Below, in pieces: positions 51,777-64,000 of a DNA stretch of 64,000 nucleotides. Within the stretch, counting starts at the first letter, position 1. Every line of letters begins with the position of its first letter. Location: the NCBI GenBank assembly GCA_051362555.1, contig CM120649.1, positions 13,330,001-13,394,000 of the forward strand, in the 5' to 3' direction. The position numbers were made by a program, and so were the translations under genes. This DNA is from Lingula anatina. Its lineage: Eukaryota; Animalia; Brachiopoda. A model generated the notes under the pieces. That model searched no databases. It was not told the origin of the DNA and was given only the letters and a program-made list of their open reading frames with translations.

Positions 51777-54700
51777 TTCCCTTGTGCTGAGGATTGTGAT
51801 TATAAGAATGCGTTGGAAACAAGAGGAGGCATTTCAATTTGTTAAATTAAAAGGGAATCATATGTGTGATTGTTTCACTTGGAGAGCAGTTCGGTCTGAG
51901 CAGACCAACATCTCAGATGTGTTGTGTTTGTCAAGATTAAAAAAAAAAAATTTATAGAGTGAAACTACAGCAGGTCATTGGAGGGTACAATACAACAGTT
52001 GCACCATGAATGTTATAAACAATGTATCAAAGGTACTTATTGTTCAACAGCCTAGGCCAACCTCCGAAGCTTTTACCTTTGACGTCTATCCACTACCTAA
52101 TGGGGGGACCAGGTACACCGTATACAACTCTCCCGAGAAACCGCGAGACTGTGACCATACCCTGACGCAGGTAGGCCTAAATAAAACGTAGAACACGTAT
52201 GTATCGAGTTGACATTTTCTCTTTTATTTTATCATTCTTTATTTGAAACATAAAGGATCCATAAAACATGTGACACACACTCGATTCACGAAGCATTTTC
52301 ATTAAAATTGTCCGAAGTTTCTTATGAGGCAGGGTATTTTCTTTGGCACCAATTGCCTAAAAGCGATTTTCATTTAATGGACTTATTTCGTCTTCTTATA
52401 ACATATTGATTATCGTTTTATCTCGAGAGATCACCAATAACTTATACCAGTACTAATAACAGAAATCAAATCAAACGCTATAATTGAAAGAAAATAGTTA
52501 TAACTTTGTGATGTTTTAGCCTGAAGACGGAGACATAGTACAGATCTGGTCTCCTATGTCAGCGGAAGGCGGTGGCTATCTTCGAGTAACTAACCAAGTC
52601 GCGCCAAATGGCGGGTACTACGTCGATTCGAAAGGATATATAGAAGATTCTAATAGTATGTAGCATTTTGAGTTACAATAACGTTTTTTCTCCAACATGA
52701 TCTAATTCATAAAATTTGCTTGATACTTTCCTTGGTGTGGGTGGGTGGGGGGTCATACATCGTAGCCTTTTTAAAAAATTATTTAAGTTCTTCTCAGCAA
52801 GTAGAAAAAGTATCGGACTTTGACCTATTTTTCAAATTAATCATTGAATTCTTTATCAGCTTTGCAAAGACAAATATGATATTCCATCATATCCTTTTTG
52901 TTCCACCTTGAAAAATACGATATCGACATCGTTTTATAAAATTTCTTTTAACACATTTGCCTTCCTTATCAACTCAAACCCAACAACTCTCCAAATACCA
53001 ACTTTTACAGCAATTGTGTTGATTTTACAGCCAAGTTCCGATGGCGGACGACATTTTCACATCCGCCCACAATCCCCCTTATTGACATACTGGACCCATG
53101 CAACGCCACAATGGATTCCGTTGTTTTGCGCATGAGCAAATACCAGTTTCTTGGAAACGTGACAGAAGATGGATGGTACATCATTACCTACTCCTATTGG
53201 CCACCCCCTTTCCCGACAATAACTGCCGTAAGTCTATGACAGAATAATGCTTCGATTTATTAAATGTGTTGTCTGAGCAGTTTGTTGTCGCTGTAGTTAG
53301 ATGTCAGGCATGCTGAATGTATAAAAATTTATGTATGTAAATTGTTCTCAAATCACTCCATTTATTCGATTATTCGGCCCTTTGTTCATCTACTAGTTTG
53401 TTTAGTTAAATAAACCTTTTTTTTACATTTTTTCAAACTTATGTTCCGTACAGTTCAGAATGATTCGTACTGAAGTCGATCCGATTCTCATTCATCATAA
53501 AACAGATCATCATTTTCCAATTTTATGTTTTGTTTCATATGATTTATATTATTATTATATCATTTATATTATATTTATATCATTTATATTATGCCGCGAT
53601 GAGCATTACATTCCCTACGTAAAGATAGATGGTCTGTGTAGCAGTTAAATTGTCCGTCATCCATACAAGTTAGGGTAAGCAATAAGCAAGTCGATCAAAA
53701 TCTAGGGCAGGGTTTACCAGCAAAAGTCAATGGGCATCGGACCTTGTTTCACAACAGGGGACTATCTCATATATGACACTGAAAAAGGATTATGTTAAAG
53801 GGTTGTTACGTCACGCCTTAAGGTCAAACGCGGACGGGTATCTTAGTTAAGAAAAGAAATGCAATCAAATCGCGCATTCACTATTTCAGAATATGGAAAC
53901 ATCCTCGCCGCCGACAGCTGACCAGATTTGGAATCCGACGCTCTTTGGACATCATTTGAGGTAGCCTTATGCTTGTCATTCTTAAGGTCAAATCTATGTT
54001 ATTGATTCTTCTAGCATTAATCAGTACATGTATGTACTGGGACGGCATTCTATCTATCATATAGTCTATCAGTTTCCTTTGTTTTTTTTTTGATGCAATT
54101 ACTCTATGGTCATTGTCAATGTTCAGAGAGTGGTGAAAAGAGCTAAGATATTGGTGCATAGACCCCCTTTTTAAAAGTGAATATGGTTTTAGAGGGAATT
54201 GAGAAATTGCATATTCAAAGAATGGATCCAGGTTGGTAAGTATAAACTGTATTATTACTGACAGATCTAGCTGTCTGTAATTTGTAGATTGGAGAAGGCA
54301 ACATCCTCTGGTCATCCGTCCAACATCTTCCTTAACGCGAAAAGATTCGGACAGATTGAAGGATATCATGAAATGGGACATCCGGAAGTCGCCAAACTAT
54401 GGCCGAATCCGGGTACTCTGTTCTTCATGTACGACCAGGGACTAAAATATAACTAAGAATATACATATTTTTCGACGAACATAAATTTAACAGATAAACT
54501 AAAAAAAAAAAAAAACAGGAAGGTAAGAATCCTTCTTGTATTTTAGAGTGGGTGTAATTACAGTTTTGTAGCAACTTTCAAGGGAAACTTCAGAATAATA
54601 TCTTAACACGAAGCTCTCTGTAATATAGCTTGTATGTAGTATAGTAGAAAAATGAATGAATAGAGATCGATGCTAAATATATGAATACATCAGAACCGTT

Positions 54701-55183
54701 TCAAAAAACCAAGTGTAGTGCATTATTCCTTATACGAGAACTTCTAATGCTTGCTTGATTTAAATCCCGATAACTTGCAGCAGAATATAGAGTGGCATCT
54801 AAGGTTCCATACAAAATGTTTTTTTTTTCTCAGTGCTTCAAATATGTACGTATAGGTTCTGAATGAACATGCTTGACCCCATTCCAAACAGACCACACAC
54901 AAACACAAGAACATAGTTAAAATATGTTATAAAATATATTTTAATAACAACTTTGTTCAATTTACATCTCGTATAAAATATCCGGCCTGTTATGAACAGA
55001 AAGTACAAATGGAGTTACATGACATTAGATAAAATGTTACTTGTGCTGGGTGAATGAAATAATTTGATTTGTGTTTTATTGCATACATCTCGATAACAGA
55101 TACCCTGCCCGGCTTAGTTTTGTATAATGAAGTAACAAATGGCCTCCATTTCATTTTATAGGATTTCATACTGAATATGGTTT

Positions 55184-55223
<40 letters not shown>

Positions 55224-55531
55224 CAATAATAATAATGAAAGATTTAATGTAAGAGATGATATAAAACAATACTAACTGATAGGGACCACACTTGGTCCTT
55301 CCGTGGTGTAAAATGTCTATTTACCTATATTCTTTACAGTAGAGCTACTTTTATTTCAACACGTAGCCTACTACCTGTTATTGGTTGACTGGATGTCTTT
55401 ACATGCTCACATGTTCATTAAACGTGTTCAATACTAGTATATTCCATGAATATATGTAGTTCCGACTGAGTAACTTCACACGTGACATGGTGGGCAAATT
55501 AATCGTAAAACAGATGTGGAGAAATATGATA

Positions 55532-58500
55532 TCATGCGTTCGTTTCAGGTCTTAGTCGAATCTGAAATAAAACGCAAAATTTAAAGTAAATAAACTGTTT
55601 AGAGTTATAATGATTAAGGTGTCTTATAAAACTGGCATCTGGTGTTTTTCTAAACTTTCACAACAATAACACGCACGTCTAGCTAGCTGTAAATATCCAA
55701 TACTTCGTATCATTACTTTTAAAACATATCATCAAAAATATACAGATGAATATTTAACCACATTTTGCCACGGGACACGCAAAAAAATATGAAACACATT
55801 CAAAATCACACTTACCGGATTGTGGAAGCCGTTCCCATACCCCACATGAGGACGTGATATTCTGAATTCATGATCTGGTTTCAAGTTGCCAGTAAGCATG
55901 CTTTCCCACCCGTTAGAATCCATGTCCGGATATCCTAAAATGTAAATAACAATTTCAAATAAATATATGTCATAGATGAGTCGAGATTCAAATCAAATCA
56001 AGGCACTAGCAATCCACCAAGGAGAAATATGGACTGTCCCGAGTCTCGATCGCCAAGGCGAGATTGAAATGCAGACATACATAGAAACTAACTGTTAATC
56101 TGAGATTATCAAAAAAGCGTTTAATATCGACCTTAAACAGACATTACATCATGGAGTAGACTGATTTAGCATCATGAATCGGTTTGGATCCATATTAAAA
56201 TCGCGTTAAATCAGAGATTCATTTTCGATGCAAGAACCGAAAAGCTACGACTCACGTCACCCATCTCATTTATAAACTTGTTAAAAACTGTAAACGTGCT
56301 CAAACTATACTATGCCACTAAATATGTATCCATCCTGACGCCTTTAATACGCATATACCTACCGTGACGCCCTCCATAATTGACGTAGCCTCCATTTCTG
56401 TGCAAATAGTCACTGCCTGAGCTGCTGCTCCGACTACTGCCAGAACTACGAGTTCGACTGCTCCCCGACCCCGGGTCTCGGCCTCTTCCCATGTACTGCC
56501 AGTTGGGGAAATACTTGGGATGGAAAACTCCACTGGCTGGTCCGTATGCTCCATGTAAAAAGCTGGAATGAAATGCGAATACATCGATATGCAGAAACAT
56601 TATCAAAAAAAGGTCAGAAGTCAGAAGCTTTATTACGTCATGTCAACATCAAAGTGACGTCATGTAATGCTGGGCTAAGCAGTGAAGGTTGGATATTAAA
56701 TCTCGTAGACAAAGATAATAAAATAAACAAATAAATAAAAACATAAACGAACTGAAAATAAAAAAAATAAATAATCACGATTCAAACGATTCTTATTACT
56801 TCTTAATGAATGTTCAATGAAGTAATCCGGAACTTTAGAATAGTTAATACATTCTCAAATCATAGGCACAGATTTCGCACTCACTTATCATATCTAGTTG
56901 CCCGTAGCTTCTCCTTCTTTGCTTTCCTCTTTTTGTAAATGATCACAATGACGAGGATGCTTATCGCCACGATGAGAAGAATGCCGCCGACTGTGCTGGC
57001 CGCCACTATGGCTATTTCATCATTTGTCAGCCCAGATTTGGTCTGGCATTGGTTACCGCTGTAGCCTGTCACACAGCTGTCAATGTGTAAAGAATGGAAG
57101 ATTATATTTGAATAATAACGTGGCAAAAGACGGTGAGTGGCAATAGGCGGTATAACTGATAGATAGAGAGACAGATAGATATAGATAATGCAATATATAC
57201 ATCTTTATCTATCTACTTATCTGCCTGCCTGCCTTCACACACACACACATACACACTGACATACATACAAACATTCAGACATTCTAACAGATAGAAACAT
57301 TCAACCAAATAGTGCAAACACATAAACCAATTTTAATATGCATGGACATCTCTTAGAGAACACAAGACACCCATACGAATCCATTAAAACAAGTTGTTCA
57401 GACAAAAGATGGTAAAGGCTTTACTTACGAACAGTAGCCATATGCACTGCCATCACAACCGCCCCCGTTCTGGCAACCGAGCACCGTACATTGTTGTAAC
57501 GGCACTGAAAATGGCAGATCAGGTGAAGAGTCATCAGTCTTTAATTTTTCCCAAAGTGCGACACAACTGCATTTATAAATATTTACTATTTGTCGTGTTT
57601 GAGTTACGCCCACTAATATATTACAAAAAAAAAAAAAAAGAATAAAAATCGATAAAAAAATTGTCACAATGATCATCGATATATTTCCATTCGTACTTAC
57701 CACCGTCTACTACCGGCGCTTCTATGACTCGAAAGCGACTGTTTTCGTAAACTATGACGTAGTTGTTGGGTATAAGCTGTTGCAACATGTGTTCTCTGAA
57801 AGCCTGCGTGGTAGCGTTTACATCGCCCCCCGTTGTGTTCACTTTTACCGTGTACTGAACTATAAGACTACCGTCACTGAAAATTTAAATGTATAACTAG
57901 AGTTATATTATATTATATTATATTATATTATATTATATTATATTATATTATATTATATTATATTATTTATAATGCATGCAGACTTTTATGCAAAAGACGT
58001 TAATAATATTTTGCACAATGCATTACTGTCACGACTCACTATACCATTTCACTTGATAGGAAGATATTTAAGGAAGTGATAAAACGTTAAGAATGGACGG
58101 AAATTCTAGAATTATTTAACGAACTGTTTAGTTGGAACCAACGTATTCTGAAGGGAAGTAATTAAGGGAAATTGCCTGTATTCCGGAAGACGACAAAGGA
58201 ATGAAAATACCCCTTAGACTTGATAAGAGTTTCATCAACGTTCTTGCCTACCGTTACCCCGAAATGTTTACGGAAGAATAATTGCAATCAAGGTATCTGA
58301 AGTTAAGGTTTTCGTTGTTTTTAATAAAAAAAAAAAAAAAAAAAAAAAAAACTTTGAAACCTACATAAAAAGCTTCATATTAATTTGTTGAGCGAACCGT
58401 GTACCTACCGCAAGTTCATTATAACTAAACTCACAAAACCTGCAAAACCGTCATGGAGTGAGACCAGCTGAAATAAAGATGGAAATCAATTACACATACA

Positions 58501-61500
58501 TGTGTATGTGTATAGCATATGAAGTATTACTGTAATTGCAATAAATGGAACATTGATTTTACGAATTCTAGGAACTGTATCACAAAACCCCAGACACCCG
58601 AAGACAGATGCCTTTGGATCATTGCATCTTAATATTGTGAGCACATTCAAAATGCCAGCCATTTCCATAAAATACTGGTAAATTTTCATCACGCCATGCC
58701 GTGCTCACATGCTAAGATAAATATATAACATACAGGTATTACATCATTAACGTCATCGGAGATCTATGACCATTAGGATACATTAAAGTCTTGACCACCA
58801 AACTGGCAAACAAATTAATTTCGATGCAAAGAAGACATCATTTCAACGTCACTGTGTAAATGTGACGTCACTGTATAAATGTGACGTCACTGTATTAATG
58901 TGACGTCATCGTGAAATCACATCACGCCGTGTGTCTGTTTGGGTGGGTATACTCACCGCTTTTCTAAGTACGGTATACTCAGCAGAACCCACTATCAAGT
59001 AAGGAGCTGGGTTCACCACATCCAATGTTATGTTCACTAAAATAAAAAATAAAAAAAACGAGTTTGTCCATGAATTAGTGACATGAAATAGAAAGAAATA
59101 ACACTAATTTTCCAATCTAAAGGAATTGACTTACACACGCACATGAAAGTCATTTTTAGAGATTATAATAATAATTTATCGTTAGTCGAGTCTAACTTCA
59201 TTAAAGTGTGTTCTGTACAGACTTTGCAAATAAAATGCAAAATTAAAAATATTATTTAAATTAAAAATGTGTTAATTGTAAAGAGAAATATTTCTAATTA
59301 TAACATTCAGTAAAGTCTAAGTTGTTTAATCAAAATTATTCTAAAAAGATGAGTTTTTATTTTTTAGCAACTGCTGAGCTTATATTCCTTTGTTCTGATA
59401 TCGATGTGAAGTATTCTTTCTCCAGTTACAATCTATAGACCGGGCATCGCATTTTATCTGCGCCAGGTCAGTGTGTCTGGTTCCTGGTAAAAACAGCCCA
59501 TTGTTCTTACCTCCGTAGTTGACCTCCGTGTCACATGTGAACCCGTTTCCAAAGTATCCACTGTTACACGTGCAACTGAAACTCCCAATAGTATTGATAC
59601 ACGCTGCGGCAGTATGGCAGCCACCTCGGTTGAAGATGCATTCATCGATATCTGGAAATGAAAATGAATGGGGATTTATTAGCTTATTAACATGGTTTTA
59701 TCTTTACTGGAAAGCGAATGTGAGCAATCGGGCCATCAGGACCAGAAAAAGCTTCTCAATTTAGGTCTCTCTTTTCTCTGTCTCTCTCTCTCTCTTTTTC
59801 AAACACACACACACGCACACACACATGCACAAACATCCTCTCTTTGTGTGCGTGTGTGGAAGTGAGAAGGGAGGGCGATCCATTTGCTATGATCAATATC
59901 TACCCAAAATCATGATGGGTGGAAACTTACTTGTTCTCAAAAAATAAATTGAAAACACGAGATTAAGTGGTGGTTTGACAACAATTAATCAAAATAAATT
60001 ACTACTCTCTTAATCCATAAAAATCACTGCCCTGTTTGTGATGTGATAAGTCACGTGACCTGGGTAAGAGCCAGGGGCGTGAAGCGGAAGCTATGTATGA
60101 CCATGTATGCGACGTGGGATGCAAGACATGGACTATCAAACTGGTTTGGATAGACTGACGTACCTGATACCGCGCCTTGTATCAAGGCCGGTGTCCGTCT
60201 CACTCTGTAACTAGCCCTGCTGGTGGTATCGATCAGAACGTTATTGACCCGTTGAAGATTGGCCAAAATGTACACTGAGATGGCGCTGATGGTTTCGTTG
60301 TCTGGGCTCGTCGTGTTCACCAGTACCGTGTAGTAGACGGCGAGTCCGTTATCGTTTCTGAAAATGTAGGAAAATTCCACCGGGTATGAAGTTTCAATAG
60401 GAACGTAGAAGGTCGTTTGTCAATAGTTTGAAAATACATTGACACTTTGACCCCATTCCCACAGATTTTAGATCGATCTAACCCTGTGGGGAGTCTCACT
60501 AGATTACTGTCAGCTTAGCCGGCTTAAGCGTCTGTCCCGCCTACTAAAAGCTGTAAGGGGGTAATTAACTGTCGTGCGCGCTCGGCTGACTGCAAATTAG
60601 CGTGCACCCCCAGGGAGTTAGGTCGATCCGGATGGATCGATCTAAATCTCTGGGAATGCACTCTTTGATTTTAGACCTGTCGGGGGAGTAATGAGATGCG
60701 TTTTAATATACAGATCTGCAACGTATTTAATGCATTTGTTTTAGGTTTATGAAATGTTGTAACACACAAGCAGACGGCGCCAAATATAGACCTATGCTTG
60801 TCATCTGATTACGTTATTTTAAAGAATCAGTGAGGTCAACATTTAAGATTATGTAGTTCACAAGTCACACAATGTGAGGTAAATTCAATATAATACAATG
60901 CAATGCAATACAATAAAAAAATATATTTTGTGGTACCCGTTGTTTTATATACCCTAATATCTTCGATAAGCAAATTTTACAGGGCAACCCAATAAGTCTT
61001 GTCTTTTATGGATCTTTCTCACCATCAACTCCATTTGATCTAGGCTGCTACAAGTGCAAAATACTACTGTTTTATAGCTTAGAATTAGCATTCATAGACT
61101 TTATAATTGCCTGCACTACCAGCAGGAACAGCTCTTTACAATAACTTACCTTATCTCAGTAATCTCTACCCGGTTGAAATCCGTGAAATTTGCATAGAAC
61201 TCGTTCAACTGCAAGTTGCGAAATAATGCATTTTGAATATATTTGTAATGTTGTTCCGTGTTAGTTTGAACATTTAGAACTTTTTATTCTTATGCACAAT
61301 AAATATCTAAAAAATGTCCATAGTCAATGGTTTAATTTTTATTTTCAATGGTTATCGATGATTATCTTGATAACAAAAGAGGCAAAAATGTTTAAACGTA
61401 TCAGGCATTCAAAAATAAAACCAACTTTATTTAATTTCTGTTCCTTTTCTGCAAATGTCTTACCGTTCTCACTAACAAGGAATAATCCGTGCTTCCTGGC

Positions 61501-63891
61501 TGGTACCGAGAGGCGGAGTACTCGTTGTCGAAATTCATTAACACTGAAATAAGAGAACAAGATATAGCAACCAAGTCGGCAATTGTGGTAGAAAAATAAT
61601 CACCATATGATAGTAGATATAAATGAGTCTATCTTGACTCAATGGCATCAGAATTCGGGTCACATCAGTTAAAACATTGTCACATGCGACACTTGACCAG
61701 TGCTTGGTTTGTGTGCAACATGGTACCGCTTATAAGGCGTATTATTGCGGTGGAGAGAAACACGTGCATACCTTTACTTAAATTTGTACGACAATCTAGT
61801 CATAATCGCCTAAATAACTTATAGATAAATCGATGCAACTGCCATGTTTTAACGAATATAGTAACATATTGCAGTTTTGTTCAAGGGTATGTTTCCAAGG
61901 GTATCCATACCTTTAACTCCCTGTAATGGCCTACAAACAATTCCATCCCCGGTGAAGGCGTTTCTACAAGAGCAAGTGTAACTTCCGGGCGTGTTAGTAC
62001 AGTCAGCATTGGGACTGCAGTCATGCGATGACGTGCATTCATTGATATCAGTACACGCGAGTCCAGTTCCCTCAAAGCCCGGTTTACATTTACAAACGTA
62101 GGAGCCCTCCGTGTCCGTACATGTGGCGTCAGCATGGCAGGGCGAGGCAGTGCATTCGTTAATATTCGAGCATGTCCGACCGTCTCCTGTGTAGCCGGCG
62201 TCACACGCGCACGTGTAGGATCCCACCGTATTGGTGCACTGCGCGTTAGCGTGGCATTGGTTTGACGTTGAGCATTCGTCTATATCTAGAGAAAACACAA
62301 ATGGTTGTATATATATATATCTTTTTTTAATGAAAGCATGTACCTTTGTTGCCAAATGGTAACACATGCGTTATTTTAACCTAACTTAATTACAGGGTTG
62401 ACGGGGAGTACACCTACTGCAGTCAAAAAGTATATGGGGCTTCTTTCCTGTAAATGATCAATGCACTTCTTTGAAAACTTTCAAGAATTCACCTTGCGTC
62501 GTTATTTAACATTATAAACACAATATCGAGTTGCAGATGGCATGATGCCATCATCAATGACTGTCCACGTACCTCTGCACGTTCTTTGGTCACTCTGATC
62601 CAACACAAAGCCCGTCCTGCAAGTACAGTTATAGCTGCCACCTAGGTTATTGCAGTCGCTCGTCGTGCGGTTACAGTTGTCTGCTCCCGTTGTGCATTCA
62701 TTGATATCTGTGATTGTTAATACAAAAATAATAACTTGTAATATAAAACGAAGCATGCGAAACGTCCTGATAGTATACCTCAGGTTCTTATAATGACATT
62801 CATTGATATCTGTGATTGTTAATACAACGTAATATAAAAATGAAGCATATGGAACGTCTCAATACCTCGAGTCCTAATCATAACCACTGGAACATTGTGG
62901 TTTTTGCAATGGACAACAATTATATTTCACTCTCCAACTCATTTCAAATTTTAATAAATACATAAAAAATAACAATAAACTTATTTTAGTTCTAAAATCC
63001 ATTTAAATTACTCAGTAGACCAGGGGACTTTAATAAAAATTAGCGAATCAATTAAGCATCGGTTTATTGGTGTTTTTTTACGGTCGTCATATCTCACCTT
63101 CACAAGCGCCACTGCTTCCAAGGAAATAGCCAGAGAGACAGTAACAAACAGGAACAGATGCATTGCACAGTCCTTGGTTACAGGTCAGGCCCGCGTTAAC
63201 ACATACAGTTAATGTTGCGTTGTTCACTGAAATGTAACAAATTAAACAAATGCTCATTGAAGAATCTATTTTAATTCTGGTCTTTTTATAGATTATCGCT
63301 ATGGTACTTATAAAATGGGCGTGAAAACTTGCTTGAGTTCAAGTGTGAGGGTTATGTTCACGTTTCTATTTGATGAGAAACGTTAAAACAGATAACAGAA
63401 TACATGTATGCCAGTGGCGGATTTAGAGGGGGGTTGGGGTCAGGGGTGTCCTGATCTCCCCTTCGATTTCTGGTCTCCTCTTGTAATTAGAATTTTGACT
63501 AGCTGAATCATAGTTCTAAACCGTACCAAATGGCACCGTTCGCCCTCTAAAATACCAAAAAATTACGGGGCCCTTCAGCGGGTCCCGAACCCCACGCCAT
63601 GTGGGGGTGGGGGGTGGGGGGGGGGAGGGTCAGCTTCACATCCGCGGATCCCCACTTCAAATAATCCTGGATCCGCCCCTGTATGCTGATATAAAACATG
63701 TAGATCAAAATAAAATAATAATTGGCAATAATGTGTCAATTCTGCCGTGCGTAGATCCTCACCTTGATTGCACGTAAATCCATCAAGAGCCAACTGATAG
63801 TCAGAATTGAAGCAGGAGCACGTGTAGCTCCCCACAGTGTTAGCACAGTCGTGGTCACAGCGGTCTGTCTTCAAGGCACACTCGTCAACAT
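55532..63891 (-). CDS. Mucin/fibrillin-like single-pass membrane protein with calcium-binding EGF repeats and two SEA modules; 5'-partial
   Basis: Exons (minus strand): 63763-63891, 63098-63226, 62573-62707, 61911-62285, 61464-61543, 61150-61208, 60164-60357, 59511-59651, 58957-59036, 58409-58467, 57701-57876, 57429-57504, 56885-57076, 56363-56562, 55816-55934, 55532-55561 (TGA). cbEGF consensus D(I/V)(D/N)EC...C.N..GSY.C.C; SEA-like LRDGSLIV; juxtamembrane EGF; [29 protein letters not shown] followed by KKRK; Ser/Gly-rich tail ending RPETNA*. Confidence 0.9.
58846..58908. repeat. 19-bp tandem repeat in which each full unit carries TGACGTCA
   Basis: TGTGACGTCACTGTATAAA units; TGACGTCA at 58863, 58882 and 58901. 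Confidence 0.85.
60449..60663. mobile_element. Harbinger-like MITE, family copy C
   Basis: CATTCCCACAGATTTTAGATCGATC...GATCGATCTAAATCTCTGGGAATG; collinear with 20656-20869; TTT on both flanks. Confidence 0.8.
63412..63681. mobile_element. MITE with CAG(G/T)GGCGGAT TIR and a 5-bp TSD
   Basis: CAGTGGCGGATT...GATCCGCCCCTG; TATGC on both flanks. Confidence 0.8.
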
Positions 63892-64000
63892 CTGAAACAT
63901 ACATTTAACAGCGTCTTCGTCATTCTTTCTGGCAGTTAGTTTCGGTTTCGTTTCTGATGACGACCTTACAGAAGGTAGTGCATGTAGTAGCATATAAGGT

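Noticed and set aside
53881-54381. 166-aa single-exon ORF on the minus strand
   Set aside because: No recognisable motif, signal peptide or splice context, and it contains an A-run and a TACATGTA scar. Probably a chance ORF in decayed repeat DNA, though a BLASTP/RNA-seq check is cheap.

Overview
AT-rich, intron-rich animal (probably marine invertebrate) genomic DNA. All gene models were built by hand by chaining splice sites and checking reading phase. Left to right: (1) the 3' ~2040 codons (45 exons, + strand, 283-27411) of a divergent IP3-receptor/ryanodine-receptor-superfamily channel whose GGG(V/I)GD selectivity filter is replaced by IISLFE, with four candidate in-frame cassette or micro-exons; (2) a complete 12-exon purple acid phosphatase ACP7-like gene (- strand, 29781-40299); (3) a tandem array of three intact 3-exon genes (+ strand, 42230-49310) that the ORF track only shows in fragments. 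Each encodes a signal peptide, a Pro/Thr tract, a 4-Cys motif, a second Pro/Thr tract, an R-X-[KR]-R site and a 2-Cys peptide ending in IIG-stop, which looks like an unrecognised family of precursors for amidated disulfide-loop peptides and is the best candidate for a novel system; (4) the 3' part of a cbEGF/SEA single-pass membrane protein gene (- strand, 55532 to beyond the window). Introns and spacers hold many non-autonomous DNA transposons (TA, TAA/TTA, ATAT, 5-bp and 8-bp target duplications), a dispersed GTGTTAGGTGTGACA minisatellite, and an excess of TA-NNNN-TA palindromes that look like excision footprints. No database searches were possible, so novelty statements are unverified.
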